Source: an uncultured virus (IMG/VR IMGVR_UViG_3300032331_001801) (lineage: Duplodnaviria; Heunggongvirae; Uroviricota; Caudoviricetes). From it: a stretch of DNA of 61,140 nt. The stretch lies in IMG/VR virus record IMGVR_UViG_3300032331_001801; one strand, written 5' to 3'. A program made the translations under genes and the position numbers. The number at the start of each line of letters is the position of its first letter. Positions within the stretch are counted from its first letter, which is position 1. Shown here piece by piece: positions 1 to 8,577 of the stretch. The notes beneath the pieces are model-generated. The model saw only the letters and a program-made list of their open reading frames with translations, did not search any database and was not told where the DNA came from.

Positions 1-660
1 ATTGAATGATAAACTAATTCGTGTATCTTTGCTTTCTGTTTGTTCTACCATGTGTGTTAGATATGATGGAAATAATACCATATCACATGTTCCCACGTTA
101 AACCACCATGATTCTGAATTGAATTGATTATACCGTTCAGTTGGTAATGATATGCGCTTATATCCATTCTTGTAGAAATAGATTTTATCTTTTTCTGGAT
201 CAGCATTTATATACAATACACCTGAGATATAACTATTTGGGTGTTCATGCTTATGATGAAATTCGCCTGGTTGTGTAAAGTTTAACCATGATTGTGTAAT
301 GTATGCTTCGACAGGCATGTATGGTGATTCAATCTCAGTCATATAATAATTCACATAAAACTGTACAAATGATTTTAAATCAGCCAACGCTGGTTCTTCG
401 AATACATAACGATCAACGCTTGTAGTGTTACCAGTATTTTTGGTAACCTGATTTGCACAACTCTTGATGAAGTTAACTTCATCATCTGTAAATTTTCTAG
501 GTAACTTAGTAAAGAGTACAGGTGTGGGGAATAATTGATTTGTTACTGGTTCAGGATAAAATGTAATTTTACTGTTAGTATTAGCACTAATTGTGCTGCT
601 TACATTAGTATCAATTATTTCATTCTTCTGAATCTTTTGTTTTTTCGTTGACATTTTCAT
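1..660 (-). CDS. 2OG-Fe(II) oxygenase (TIGR02466-like), 3' end truncated by window edge
   Basis: Manual translation: MKMSTKKQK...QSWLNFTQPGEFHHKHEHPNSYISGVLY...VLFPSYLTHMV...RISLSFN. Contains the HxH...H...RxS jelly-roll motif. Not in the ORF track because the stop lies outside the window. Confidence 0.8.
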   Translation of the reverse strand, partial: MKMSTKKQKIQKNEIIDTNVSSTISANTNSKITFYPEPVTNQLFPTPVLFTKLPRKFTDDEVNFIKSCANQVTKNTGNTTSVDRYVFEEPALADLKSFVQFYVNYYMTEIESPYMPVEAYITQSWLNFTQPGEFHHKHEHPNSYISGVLYINADPEKDKIYFYKNGYKRISLPTERYNQFNSESWWFNVGTCDMVLFPSYLTHMVEQTESKDTRISLSFN

Positions 661-739
661 CCTCTTTGTATTCGTCAATTGCAGTCTGCGACCACATTTC
701 TTCTGTTTCTAATACTGGCATGTCGTATTCATCCGACAT
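620..739 (-). CDS. small acidic hypothetical protein
   Basis: Manual ORF MSDEYDMPVLETEEMWSQTAIDEYKEDENVNEKTKDSEE filling the gap between genes. Confidence 0.4.
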   Translation of the reverse strand: MSDEYDMPVLETEEMWSQTAIDEYKEDENVNEKTKDSEE

Positions 740-746
740 CCACGGC

Positions 747-959
747 TTATTTGTATTTGCCTTCGAAGTATTCATTTGCTTTGAACCTTGCTTCCTCTAA
801 TGATTCTGCAACAACTTTAACAAAAGCAGTGCCACCTGAAATACTCATATCAAACGGAACTACGCCATCAAACTCAAATCCATCTGGAAATGGGACTTGC
901 ACCTCATATTCATTCAAATTTTGAATGCGTTCCATAATGTGTTTAAATTCTTTATTCAT
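747..959 (-). CDS. hypothetical protein
   Basis: 70-aa ORF tiling with its neighbours. Confidence 0.7.
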   Translation of the reverse strand: MNKEFKHIMERIQNLNEYEVQVPFPDGFEFDGVVPFDMSISGGTAFVKVVAESLEEARFKANEYFEGKYK

Positions 960-967
960 TATATACC

Positions 968-1858
968 TTACGCATGAATGATACGTTTAACTGTATCTGC
1001 TCGTTGAATTGGATTTTTAGCACCCATCACAACCACAATTCGATGATGTGTTTCATAATTAATTTCACGTTCAATCAATATAGCCACACAAAAACCCGCA
1101 GGATTAGTAAACCCTGTTTTGCTTAATTGTATGCCACCGACACTATCCAATAATACATGATTAGTGTTATGAATGATAGTATGTCGTGTTTTATTTTTAG
1201 TGTAAGTTAAAATATCTGCTTCTTTTTTAGTGCTTATTTGTCTTATTATTGGATAATATTGTGCTGCTGTGGCAACCATTGTGGTAACATCCGATGCTGT
1301 GCTTACATTACCATTACTTAAACCCGATGGATCATCAAAATGTGTGCCGTACATACCCATTAGTTCAGCACGGGTATTCATGTCTTGAATGAATTTACTA
1401 CGTCCACCTTCATAATCTGCTGCTAATGTCTCGGCTGCTGCGTTATCTGATTTGATTAGCAACATGTGAAACAATTCGCCCCTAGAATACTGTCGAACTG
1501 GTATCCTACTGTGAGTTAATTTACTCAGACTTAGCATTTTATTCATATCAGTGCTGCTATCCAACGCTACCATAGCAGTCATTAATTTGGTAATACTAGC
1601 CAATCCTCGAACCTGATCTATATTCTGTCCACGTATAATTGAATTCGTAGTCACATCAGTTACCAAAAAAGATAAATTATTATTTGTTATTGTTTTGGCA
1701 ACACGATGCTTATGTGGTTTTGCTTCTGCAAAACCAACTATAAGAAAGCATAATACCACAATATACACAATCATTTCCGCTAATGTGTATGGGATTGCAT
1801 TATATGTGTTCTCGATGGCATATTGCCAATCTTTTAACTTCTCTCGTATTTTTTTCAT
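968..1858 (-). CDS. Peptidase S11 D-alanyl-D-alanine carboxy/endopeptidase (PBP5/PBP7-like)
   Basis: SxxK (ASITKLMT), SxN (KSDN) and KTG (KTGFT) motifs; hydrophobic N-terminal signal/TM segment. Confidence 0.9.
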   Translation of the reverse strand: MKKIREKLKDWQYAIENTYNAIPYTLAEMIVYIVVLCFLIVGFAEAKPHKHRVAKTITNNNLSFLVTDVTTNSIIRGQNIDQVRGLASITKLMTAMVALDSSTDMNKMLSLSKLTHSRIPVRQYSRGELFHMLLIKSDNAAAETLAADYEGGRSKFIQDMNTRAELMGMYGTHFDDPSGLSNGNVSTASDVTTMVATAAQYYPIIRQISTKKEADILTYTKNKTRHTIIHNTNHVLLDSVGGIQLSKTGFTNPAGFCVAILIEREINYETHHRIVVVMGAKNPIQRADTVKRIIHA

Positions 1859-1864
1859 TTGGAT

Positions 1865-1893
1865 ATACTACAATAGATTTGAATTGGTGTCAA
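1865..1893 (-). promoter_or_regulatory. sigma70-type (early) promoter
   Basis: TTGACA-N17-TAGTAT directly upstream of the S11 peptidase. Confidence 0.65.
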
Positions 1894-2208
1894 TCACCAT
1901 TTTTCTGCGCGTTGCCATGTCCAATCATAATCAGCAGAATAATCAGTAACATCTGGAATACCTACAGCAAAATCATCTACACCGATTTCTTCCCATTCTT
2001 TGCCTGTGGTTTTGGCGGTCATCATGCGTGATGATTTCTCGCGTGTTGCTGCACCTTCTGGTGTTAGATGATACTCTGCGAGTTTTTGTGCACGTATTGC
2101 TTTATCTTCTTCGGTGTGTTCGCGTACATTACCACAAGAACGTGAACAATATGGTCCACGTTTTTGGTGTTTTACTCCACATCTAGGACAAGTTTTTTGA
2201 ATAGACAT
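1894..2208 (-). CDS. hypothetical zinc-finger protein
   Basis: CPRC...YCSRSC at the N-terminus. Confidence 0.7.
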   Translation of the reverse strand: MSIQKTCPRCGVKHQKRGPYCSRSCGNVREHTEEDKAIRAQKLAEYHLTPEGAATREKSSRMMTAKTTGKEWEEIGVDDFAVGIPDVTDYSADYDWTWQRAEKW

Positions 2209-2211
2209 GCA

Positions 2212-2832
2212 TTAGAAGTTATCATTCAATGTTGTTGATTCCATTTCATTCTCTATGTATTCGCATAGTAAATGACCTAGCATCAAATGACCTTCTTGAA
2301 TTTGTGGTGTTTTTAATGATGGTACTGCAATATAATAATCTGAAAATTGTTTCATCCAAGTTGTTTTTAAACCTGTGAATGCAACGTTAACCAGATTAAG
2401 TGTACGACCTATCTTCATTGCTTCAAGTATGTTTTCGGATGAACCAGATGTGGACAAATAGATTGCTACATCACCAGTTTTTGCAAGTGCTGATAGTTGA
2501 CGCGAGAATATTTCTTCAAAGTTATAATCATTACCAATTGCTGTAATTGCTGATGTGTCGGTGTTTAATGCGATAGCAGCATACGGTTGACTGTTACACA
2601 TAAAATGACCAACCAACTCTGCTGCAAGATGTTGTGCTTCTGCTGCTGAACCACCATTACCCATAAAGAATATTTTATTACCATTACGAAGTGCAGTAAC
2701 ACATGCCCCTGCTGCAAGTTCTAATTCGGTAAGTGGTGGAGGTATATCACTTGATGCGAAATTCTCTTTTTTATTCAAGAGTAAATCGTTTACCATTTTC
2801 TGTGTATTGCACAGTTTTTCCACAAAATTCAT
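2212..2832 (-). CDS. gmhA: phosphoheptose (sedoheptulose-7-phosphate) isomerase
   Basis: GNGGSAAEAQHLAAEL, TAIGNDY, STSGSS, QIQEGH: SIS-domain GmhA motifs. Confidence 0.92.
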   Translation of the reverse strand: MNFVEKLCNTQKMVNDLLLNKKENFASSDIPPPLTELELAAGACVTALRNGNKIFFMGNGGSAAEAQHLAAELVGHFMCNSQPYAAIALNTDTSAITAIGNDYNFEEIFSRQLSALAKTGDVAIYLSTSGSSENILEAMKIGRTLNLVNVAFTGLKTTWMKQFSDYYIAVPSLKTPQIQEGHLMLGHLLCEYIENEMESTTLNDNF

Positions 2833-2840
2833 AATAATCC

Positions 2841-3101
2841 CTATGCTGATTCAAGTATGTGTTGTGCGTTACATGTGGTAACGAAATTGATAAATGCTAC
2901 TGCGTCATCTTCATTTTCATAATAACGTATAATTGTTTGTGCTGTATAACGGGAAACAATCATCAATAAAACGTAATGGTCACGATAGGTGGAGAACTTA
3001 ATCCACCACCCATTGCGACACACCGGATGCCAAAACTTAGACTTACTTTGTATCTCCAGTTGGAGACTTTGCCTTTTCACTTCTGATAATTTTTTTCGCA
3101 T
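2841..3101 (-). CDS. hypothetical protein
   Basis: 86-aa ORF in tiled array. Confidence 0.6.
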   Translation of the reverse strand: MRKKLSEVKRQSLQLEIQSKSKFWHPVCRNGWWIKFSTYRDHYVLLMIVSRYTAQTIIRYYENEDDAVAFINFVTTCNAQHILESA

Positions 3102-3306
3102 CTTCAGCTACATTCTGGTTAAAATTAACTGCCTTCTGTGTATATGTAGCAAAACTATTATCTGTGATACTGTTGAAATATGCAAGCGATTGATCAATAA
3201 ATTGCTTGTTAAAATCGATTGTTTTCACGATGTAATTCTCCGCTTTAATGGTAAGGTCATTGTGTGTATAAAACATTGGGAATTGTGATGGTTGATTTAA
3301 AAACAT
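3043..3306 (-). CDS. hypothetical amphipathic helical protein (possibly phasin-like)
   Basis: 87-aa ORF; amphipathic helical periodicity only. Confidence 0.5.
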   Translation of the reverse strand: MFLNQPSQFPMFYTHNDLTIKAENYIVKTIDFNKQFIDQSLAYFNSITDNSFATYTQKAVNFNQNVAEDAKKIIRSEKAKSPTGDTK

Positions 3307-3443
3307 TGTAGTTTCCTTTTATAGTTGAATTCATTAATTAATTGCTCTACGTCAGCAGTATTCTTCGGATTGTGTGAACAGATATAATACTCTATTTCAG
3401 TTATTTGTGGTTGTGTGAACCATTGTATCAGTTTTTTGATCAT
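3297..3443 (-). CDS. small hypothetical protein
   Basis: MIKKLIQWF... preceded by a strong GGAGG SD; start reassigned from the ORF track. Confidence 0.65.
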   Translation of the reverse strand: MIKKLIQWFTQPQITEIEYYICSHNPKNTADVEQLINEFNYKRKLQCF

Positions 3444-3495
3444 TGCATTTCCTCCTATGCTATTATATAGGAGAAATATGCTGCATTGCAATATT

Positions 3496-3912
3496 TTATT
3501 TAGTGATATCTGATATTTGAAGTTTGGTGAGGTGTGCTCTACGCACTTTAGCGGATACCCAATCATTATAATAGTTTTCTGATAATAGTGCATGACGATT
3601 GAAAATCTCATATGTTTCCAAATAAGAACATTCCGATTTAGTCTTACAAAGGTGAAGGATAGTCCTTACGAACTTATCCTCACCTAAGATTGAGACATCT
3701 TCTTTGAGTGTTTCATTGGAACCGTAATAGGTTTGCCAATCGGATGGTTTTCGGATTTTCTTTCTTTTACCGTTGACTTGCTTGTAGCCAGCTTGTGTAA
3801 AGTATTTGCGTCCAATATATTTTCGTCCCGTAATTGTGTTTTCTATCATATACACAAAACCAAAACTCATGCCATCATCGATATATTCACTACCACACAG
3901 TAACCATTTCAT
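3496..3912 (-). CDS. GIY-YIG nuclease, T4 endonuclease II-like
   Basis: GFVYMIEN...KYIGRK...YYGS...YYN motifs. Confidence 0.8.
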   Translation of the reverse strand: MKWLLCGSEYIDDGMSFGFVYMIENTITGRKYIGRKYFTQAGYKQVNGKRKKIRKPSDWQTYYGSNETLKEDVSILGEDKFVRTILHLCKTKSECSYLETYEIFNRHALLSENYYNDWVSAKVRRAHLTKLQISDITK

Positions 3913-4073
3913 AGTGGTTCGTCATCTTCCTCTTCATCGAAATCTTCTTGTTCGAGGATTAGATATTCTCCGCAGAATGGGCAATATGTTGGGTCTGTTT
4001 CAGTATGCATCTCATTGTATGAAATACTGAATTGAGATGCACACGCTGAACATTCATGTTGGAGTTTAATCAT
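3909..4073 (-). CDS. small zinc-ribbon protein
   Basis: CSAC...CPFC with an acidic tail. Confidence 0.7.
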   Translation of the reverse strand: MIKLQHECSACASQFSISYNEMHTETDPTYCPFCGEYLILEQEDFDEEEDDEPL

Positions 4074-4884
4074 CTTTACCACACTTAGCTTTCTTGGATT
4101 TGCCCAATGCACCTAAGTCGGCAGTCCATACTTTTGGTTTAGCATTCTTATCTACACCTTTAGGCATAGGAAATGTAATACCTGTGCGTTTTTCTACTTC
4201 TGCAATTGATACTTGACCTAATGTAATATCAGTTGGTTGTGATTCTTTATGTTCGTAAATGAATGCTAGTGCTTCGTTTGTTTGGGTGTCAATGACAATC
4301 TTAAAGAGAGCCGAAGGTACAACCACATTACTCTTACCAATCTTTTTAGCCGTAGCAGTGTCATATATGTCTCCAGGAATAACTATCAATTGATGATTGC
4401 GTTGTACTGCCCATGCACGAACATTTGATTCTAATTGTTTCCATACACCACGATTTAGATTAGGTAATTGTGGTGACATGTTGGACATAAGAAATGATTC
4501 CCATTCTACAATTTGATTATATGATTGATCACCATCAGGAACTAAATGTCCTTGATCGTAACCAGTGCCAGCATAATCAGTTGGTGATGCTTTCTTACCT
4601 AGTGGTAGTGAATTGTCTGCAACAAATGCATTAGTACGCGCTACACATCCCAACGCTGTCTCTGCATTCATGGCATATGATGCCCATACTGGAATCTTTG
4701 CGATGTTATCATGCATGGTTACATAACCATTTCGACAAATAATTACAGCATCTGGTTTGGTTACTGTTGGAATGCCATATGGTGCATGGACATTACAGTT
4801 TTGGATTGGTAGTGGTGGTTTTTGATCCCATGCTAATACACTATGTGATGCAACTAATAAAAGTAAACTAATTATTTTTTTCAT
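4066..4884 (-). CDS. secreted DNA/RNA non-specific endonuclease (NucA/EndoG family)
   Basis: Signal peptide; YDQGHL (DRGH-type), SNMSPQ..LNRGVWKQLE, VVVPSALFKI. Confidence 0.9.
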   Translation of the reverse strand: MKKIISLLLLVASHSVLAWDQKPPLPIQNCNVHAPYGIPTVTKPDAVIICRNGYVTMHDNIAKIPVWASYAMNAETALGCVARTNAFVADNSLPLGKKASPTDYAGTGYDQGHLVPDGDQSYNQIVEWESFLMSNMSPQLPNLNRGVWKQLESNVRAWAVQRNHQLIVIPGDIYDTATAKKIGKSNVVVPSALFKIVIDTQTNEALAFIYEHKESQPTDITLGQVSIAEVEKRTGITFPMPKGVDKNAKPKVWTADLGALGKSKKAKCGKDD

Positions 4885-5345
4885 ATGCTTTCCTTACATA
4901 TCCGATTATATACATCATTTCTAGCGGTGAATGGTGTCAGTAGTTCAACTGTATATGCACCAAATTCGTGAGATGATTTGAATACCAGATTTTCATCAGC
5001 ATCAACATACCATTCAAACAAAATATACAGATTCGCTTCATTACAATTCATAACTCCGTAAGTATATATCTTGCTTATATCTGCTTTGATAGAGTTATCG
5101 TGGTATGGTTTCTTGTATACTGTAGCAGCATGGAATTCATACATTGGTTGATTCTTATTTTTGAACATTCCTTTTTCTAAGAATAAAAACCAATCGGCTC
5201 TCTCTGCTCCGAGAACCCATTCTTGTTCAACAAAAGGAATTTTAGTAGGACCGTTTTGTAATTCTACAAAAGGTAAACGATAGGGTTCTGCTGCGTAGAT
5301 ATTGAATGCAACAAGTGCCACCACAATGAAAAATAGGCGTTTCAT
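4881..5345 (-). CDS. hypothetical exported protein
   Basis: N-terminal signal peptide (MKRLFFIVVALVAFNIYA). Confidence 0.75.
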   Translation of the reverse strand: MKRLFFIVVALVAFNIYAAEPYRLPFVELQNGPTKIPFVEQEWVLGAERADWFLFLEKGMFKNKNQPMYEFHAATVYKKPYHDNSIKADISKIYTYGVMNCNEANLYILFEWYVDADENLVFKSSHEFGAYTVELLTPFTARNDVYNRICKESI

Positions 5346-5372
5346 GGAATTACTCCCTAAACGCCTATTTAG
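5331..5372 (-). promoter_or_regulatory. 12-bp inverted repeat enclosing SD/ATG, overlapping a late-promoter-like CTAAATA
   Basis: AAATAGGCGTTT-agggagtaattccATG-AAACGCCTATTT on the minus strand. Confidence 0.6.
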
Positions 5373-5538
5373 ATGGTTTACACGCCGCTTCTATTTTGAA
5401 ATTTTTGAACTTTACTGAATATGATAGAGTAGATTTTGCTTGTTCGCAGGACTGTTGATCTGGAAACTCCATTGACATTTTTGCTGGTTGATCGCTTGGA
5501 TCATTTATATTTACAGCTATTAATATCATCAACCACAT
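5365..5538 (-). CDS. small hypothetical protein
   Basis: Manual ORF MWLMILIAVNINDPSDQPAKMSMEFPDQQSCEQAK...AACKPSK (57 aa). Confidence 0.6.
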   Translation of the reverse strand: MWLMILIAVNINDPSDQPAKMSMEFPDQQSCEQAKSTLSYSVKFKNFKIEAACKPSK

Positions 5539-5713
5539 TATCGCACTCTATGTTGATTTATTGTTCTTTCTGGTTACGGTTCCAGAGTCACCATATCCCG
5601 TGACCGATTTGTTTTTCACTTTACGTTGATTTTCATGGCAACAGGTACATCAATTTTATTCATACCGAAAAAACACTTCAATTTTTCAATAATATATTTC
5701 ATTGTTTTACCTA

Positions 5714-6079
5714 TTACGATATAGTTACAGTAAATGCTACAGGAACATCAAAGTCAACTGTCTCAGGACGAACTTCAACGCCACCTTCAACAGCAGCAGG
5801 TGCACCATAGGCAACTGTTACTGAACCAGTGATTTTAGCACCCAAAGGATTACCATCAGGATCACGGGTATATGCTGTGATAGTGTAATCACCCGCTTCC
5901 ACATTTTCGAATGTTACCGAATATGGAGCACTAAAGGCAGAACGAACATCATGACCTGCACCAAAAATATCGTCACCGTATATTGCTGGTGTCAGAACAA
6001 CAAAAACAGAGTTAAATTGAATATTTGATGGAAATGATTGCTTGGTTGTTGCCAAATCAATGGTTACTGTATGAGCCAT
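5714..6079 (-). CDS. hypothetical beta-rich (Ig-like) protein
   Basis: 121 aa, GDYTITAY-type Ig pattern, AGGAG SD. Confidence 0.65.
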   Translation of the reverse strand: MAHTVTIDLATTKQSFPSNIQFNSVFVVLTPAIYGDDIFGAGHDVRSAFSAPYSVTFENVEAGDYTITAYTRDPDGNPLGAKITGSVTVAYGAPAAVEGGVEVRPETVDFDVPVAFTVTIS

Positions 6080-6102
6080 TTACTTCTCCTTTTTTAGTTT
6101 TT

Positions 6103-7233
6103 TTAGAAACGATGCTGCATACCAATTGCTACTGCTGACTGCTTGTACTTGTTATCAGACACTGTGGAACCATCACCATTCGGAATCCAACGATCAAAGA
6201 TTGTAAACGGAGCAGATGCACCAGTGGCACGACTTGCTGTTACATAGTCAATGAATACTTCAGTACGCTTGGAGAACGAATAGATTGCACCAACTGCGGT
6301 CATCTGTACATCATTTTTACCCGATGTCACTTTGTCTTGCACATCATAATATGCACCGTTAAATGAAATGCGATCATTCAATTTATACTTTGCACCAGCA
6401 AACCATGTGTTAGCATCTGTTTTACCATCGGCTTTAGTTGAACTTGAGTAATAAGTTTTTTGTGCTGTAGGATTGTCAGTTGTTGCATAACCCACATTAA
6501 CTGTGAGTTGGTCTGTGATTGCATACTTGGCGGCAATTAAATTAATCTTCTCACTAACAACTGTATTGCTCAAACGTGCTTCTTCGTATGTGTATGCAAT
6601 GTCAAGTGGACCTTGAGTCCAACGAATACCCGCATTCCAACTAGATTTATATTCTGTATCATCTAACTGATTACCGAATGAATAAGCACCATCAACTTTG
6701 AAACCTTTAATCTCTGGTGAAGTATAACGTACCATGTTATCAAAACGTGATACACCCGAACCAGAATAGAAACCAGCATAACGTGCAATTGGCTTCAGAC
6801 CACCAAAATTCCAGTTACTACGGGAATCAAACTCGTCTGCTACTTGATATAAGAAGTTTTTACCACGACCTAATTGTAATTGACCGAATTGATTGCTTGA
6901 TAGTGCAATGTTTGCTTCACGATCAAATAATGTAGTACCTGCTGCACCTGTGCCACCAGAGTCTTTACCTGCTGCACCAGTACGTAAACTCAAATTGCTT
7001 TCAAGTGTAAACTTTGCAGTCACACCATTACCCAAATCTTCAGTACCTTTGATACCCCAACGGTTGCTGTTGTGGAGTTGTTCACCCATACCAGTGAATT
7101 CTTGATTCTTAGAACCAAAACCTTCACCACTCACAACACCTGCACCCAATACACCATACAGTTGGACATTCTGTGCTTGTGCCGTTCCTGCTAATAACAA
7201 TGTGGCTACTGCCAAGATTTTCGCTAACTTCAT
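6103..7233 (-). CDS. Gram-negative trimeric outer-membrane porin (betaproteobacterial type)
   Basis: Signal peptide; NVQLYG, SNRWGIKGTEDLGNG, RFDNMVRYTSP, YSFSKRTEVF, C-terminal GMQHRF (BAM signal Phe). Confidence 0.92.
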   Translation of the reverse strand: MKLAKILAVATLLLAGTAQAQNVQLYGVLGAGVVSGEGFGSKNQEFTGMGEQLHNSNRWGIKGTEDLGNGVTAKFTLESNLSLRTGAAGKDSGGTGAAGTTLFDREANIALSSNQFGQLQLGRGKNFLYQVADEFDSRSNWNFGGLKPIARYAGFYSGSGVSRFDNMVRYTSPEIKGFKVDGAYSFGNQLDDTEYKSSWNAGIRWTQGPLDIAYTYEEARLSNTVVSEKINLIAAKYAITDQLTVNVGYATTDNPTAQKTYYSSSTKADGKTDANTWFAGAKYKLNDRISFNGAYYDVQDKVTSGKNDVQMTAVGAIYSFSKRTEVFIDYVTASRATGASAPFTIFDRWIPNGDGSTVSDNKYKQSAVAIGMQHRF

Positions 7234-7302
7234 TTACTTCTCCTATTTAAATGTATTACACTATATCTATTAAAACAAGGTTTTTAAATACAACTGTCAC
7301 AA

Positions 7303-8295
7303 TTATGCTGCCTTACCCCATACATTTTCCCATGTACCAGACAATGCACCCTTAGAATAGTCTGTTGCCCTATTCTCGAAAAAGTTTGTATGAGTTGGTG
7401 CATTGATCATTTCTTCTACCCAAGGTAATGGATTCTTCTTGACTTTGAATATACCTTTGAGTCCTAAACTAATCAGTCTACGATCTGCAATGTATCGAAT
7501 ATATTGCTTCACATCTGCCGCTGTCAATCCTTCAATACCACCTGTGGCAAATGCTAAATCAATGAAGTTATCTTCCAGTTCTACCATTCTTTCTGCGATA
7601 GAATAGATTCTTGATTTGAGATCATCATTCCATATCTCTTTGTTCTCTTCAATGTATGTACGGAACAGTTTAATCATTGACTCGGCGTGTTGTGTTTCAT
7701 CTACAATAGACCAAGTAATGATTTGCCCCATGCCTTTCATCTTGCCTTGTCTAGGGAAGTTAAGTAACATGATAAAGGAACTGAATAGTTGCATCCCTTC
7801 GGTGAAAGCAGAGAATACTGCAATGTGAGTAGCAGTAGTAGCCCTATCGCCACTCTGTGTGCTAAGATCAAGTACGTAATCATGTTTGTCTTTCATCTCC
7901 TGATACGCTAGAAATTCTGAGTATGTGGTATCTGGCATACCTAGTGTTTCAATCAAGTGTGAGTATGCTGCAATATGTAATGCTTCACGCGCTGCAAAAC
8001 CTAACAACATCATTCTTACTTCAGGTTGCGGGAAATAAGGTAGATAATTATTAACGTAACCACCTGCAACATCAATGTCACCCTGAGTAAAAAATCTGAA
8101 TACATGAGTGAGAAAATTCTTTTCGTCTTTCGATAGTTTATTTTTCCAATCCTTAACATCCTCAAGCATCGGTACTTCAGTGTGTATCCAATGCGATTGT
8201 TCATGTTGTAGCCATGCGTTGTATGCCCAAGGATATGCGAATGGTTTAAATGCTGTTCGTTCATCTGTTAATCTTACTTGCTGTTTTTTGATCAT
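7303..8295 (-). CDS. nrdB: ribonucleotide reductase class Ia beta subunit
   Basis: FFTQGD, EALHIAAY, EGMQLFSSF, DETQH, NFFENRATDY. Confidence 0.95.
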   Translation of the reverse strand: MIKKQQVRLTDERTAFKPFAYPWAYNAWLQHEQSHWIHTEVPMLEDVKDWKNKLSKDEKNFLTHVFRFFTQGDIDVAGGYVNNYLPYFPQPEVRMMLLGFAAREALHIAAYSHLIETLGMPDTTYSEFLAYQEMKDKHDYVLDLSTQSGDRATTATHIAVFSAFTEGMQLFSSFIMLLNFPRQGKMKGMGQIITWSIVDETQHAESMIKLFRTYIEENKEIWNDDLKSRIYSIAERMVELEDNFIDLAFATGGIEGLTAADVKQYIRYIADRRLISLGLKGIFKVKKNPLPWVEEMINAPTHTNFFENRATDYSKGALSGTWENVWGKAA

Positions 8296-8296
8296 T

Positions 8297-8458
8297 CTAT
8301 TTGCTCTTATAGTTATTGTCTTGTTTTGCTTCTAGTTCTCTTAAATCATTAGCCACATCAGATACACCATGCCAATCTTCAATCGCAATCATTACCTGTA
8401 AATAATCTAATAGTATTTCTTTTTGCACTTTAAAATTTGTGTAATCTTTATTTGTCAT
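8297..8458 (-). CDS. small hypothetical protein
   Basis: Manual ORF MTNKDYTNFKVQKEILLDYLQVMIAIEDWHGVSDVANDLRELEAK... (53 aa). Confidence 0.6.
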   Translation of the reverse strand: MTNKDYTNFKVQKEILLDYLQVMIAIEDWHGVSDVANDLRELEAKQDNNYKSK

Positions 8459-8576
8459 TTACATCTTTCTCCACTTTCGTTTTAGGTTCTAAGTATGGTT
8501 CAACCACATAATGATTTGCACCCCACCACCCTAGTGCAGAAAAAAATCCTGCTACTAACATTTCTAATACAAACAT
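8448..8576 (-). CDS. small membrane protein
   Basis: Manual ORF MFVLEMLVAGFFSALGWWGANHYVVEPYL... (42 aa). Confidence 0.5.
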   Translation of the reverse strand: MFVLEMLVAGFFSALGWWGANHYVVEPYLEPKTKVEKDVNDK

Positions 8577-8577
8577 G

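Noticed and set aside
5539..5703. Gene or ncRNA in the gap downstream of the Ig-like ORF
   Set aside because: Only a 28-codon ORF and no convincing structure; insufficient support.
7261..7302. Pho box upstream of the porin
   Set aside because: Only a single CTGTCA-like half-site, in the wrong orientation; no 11-bp tandem repeat.
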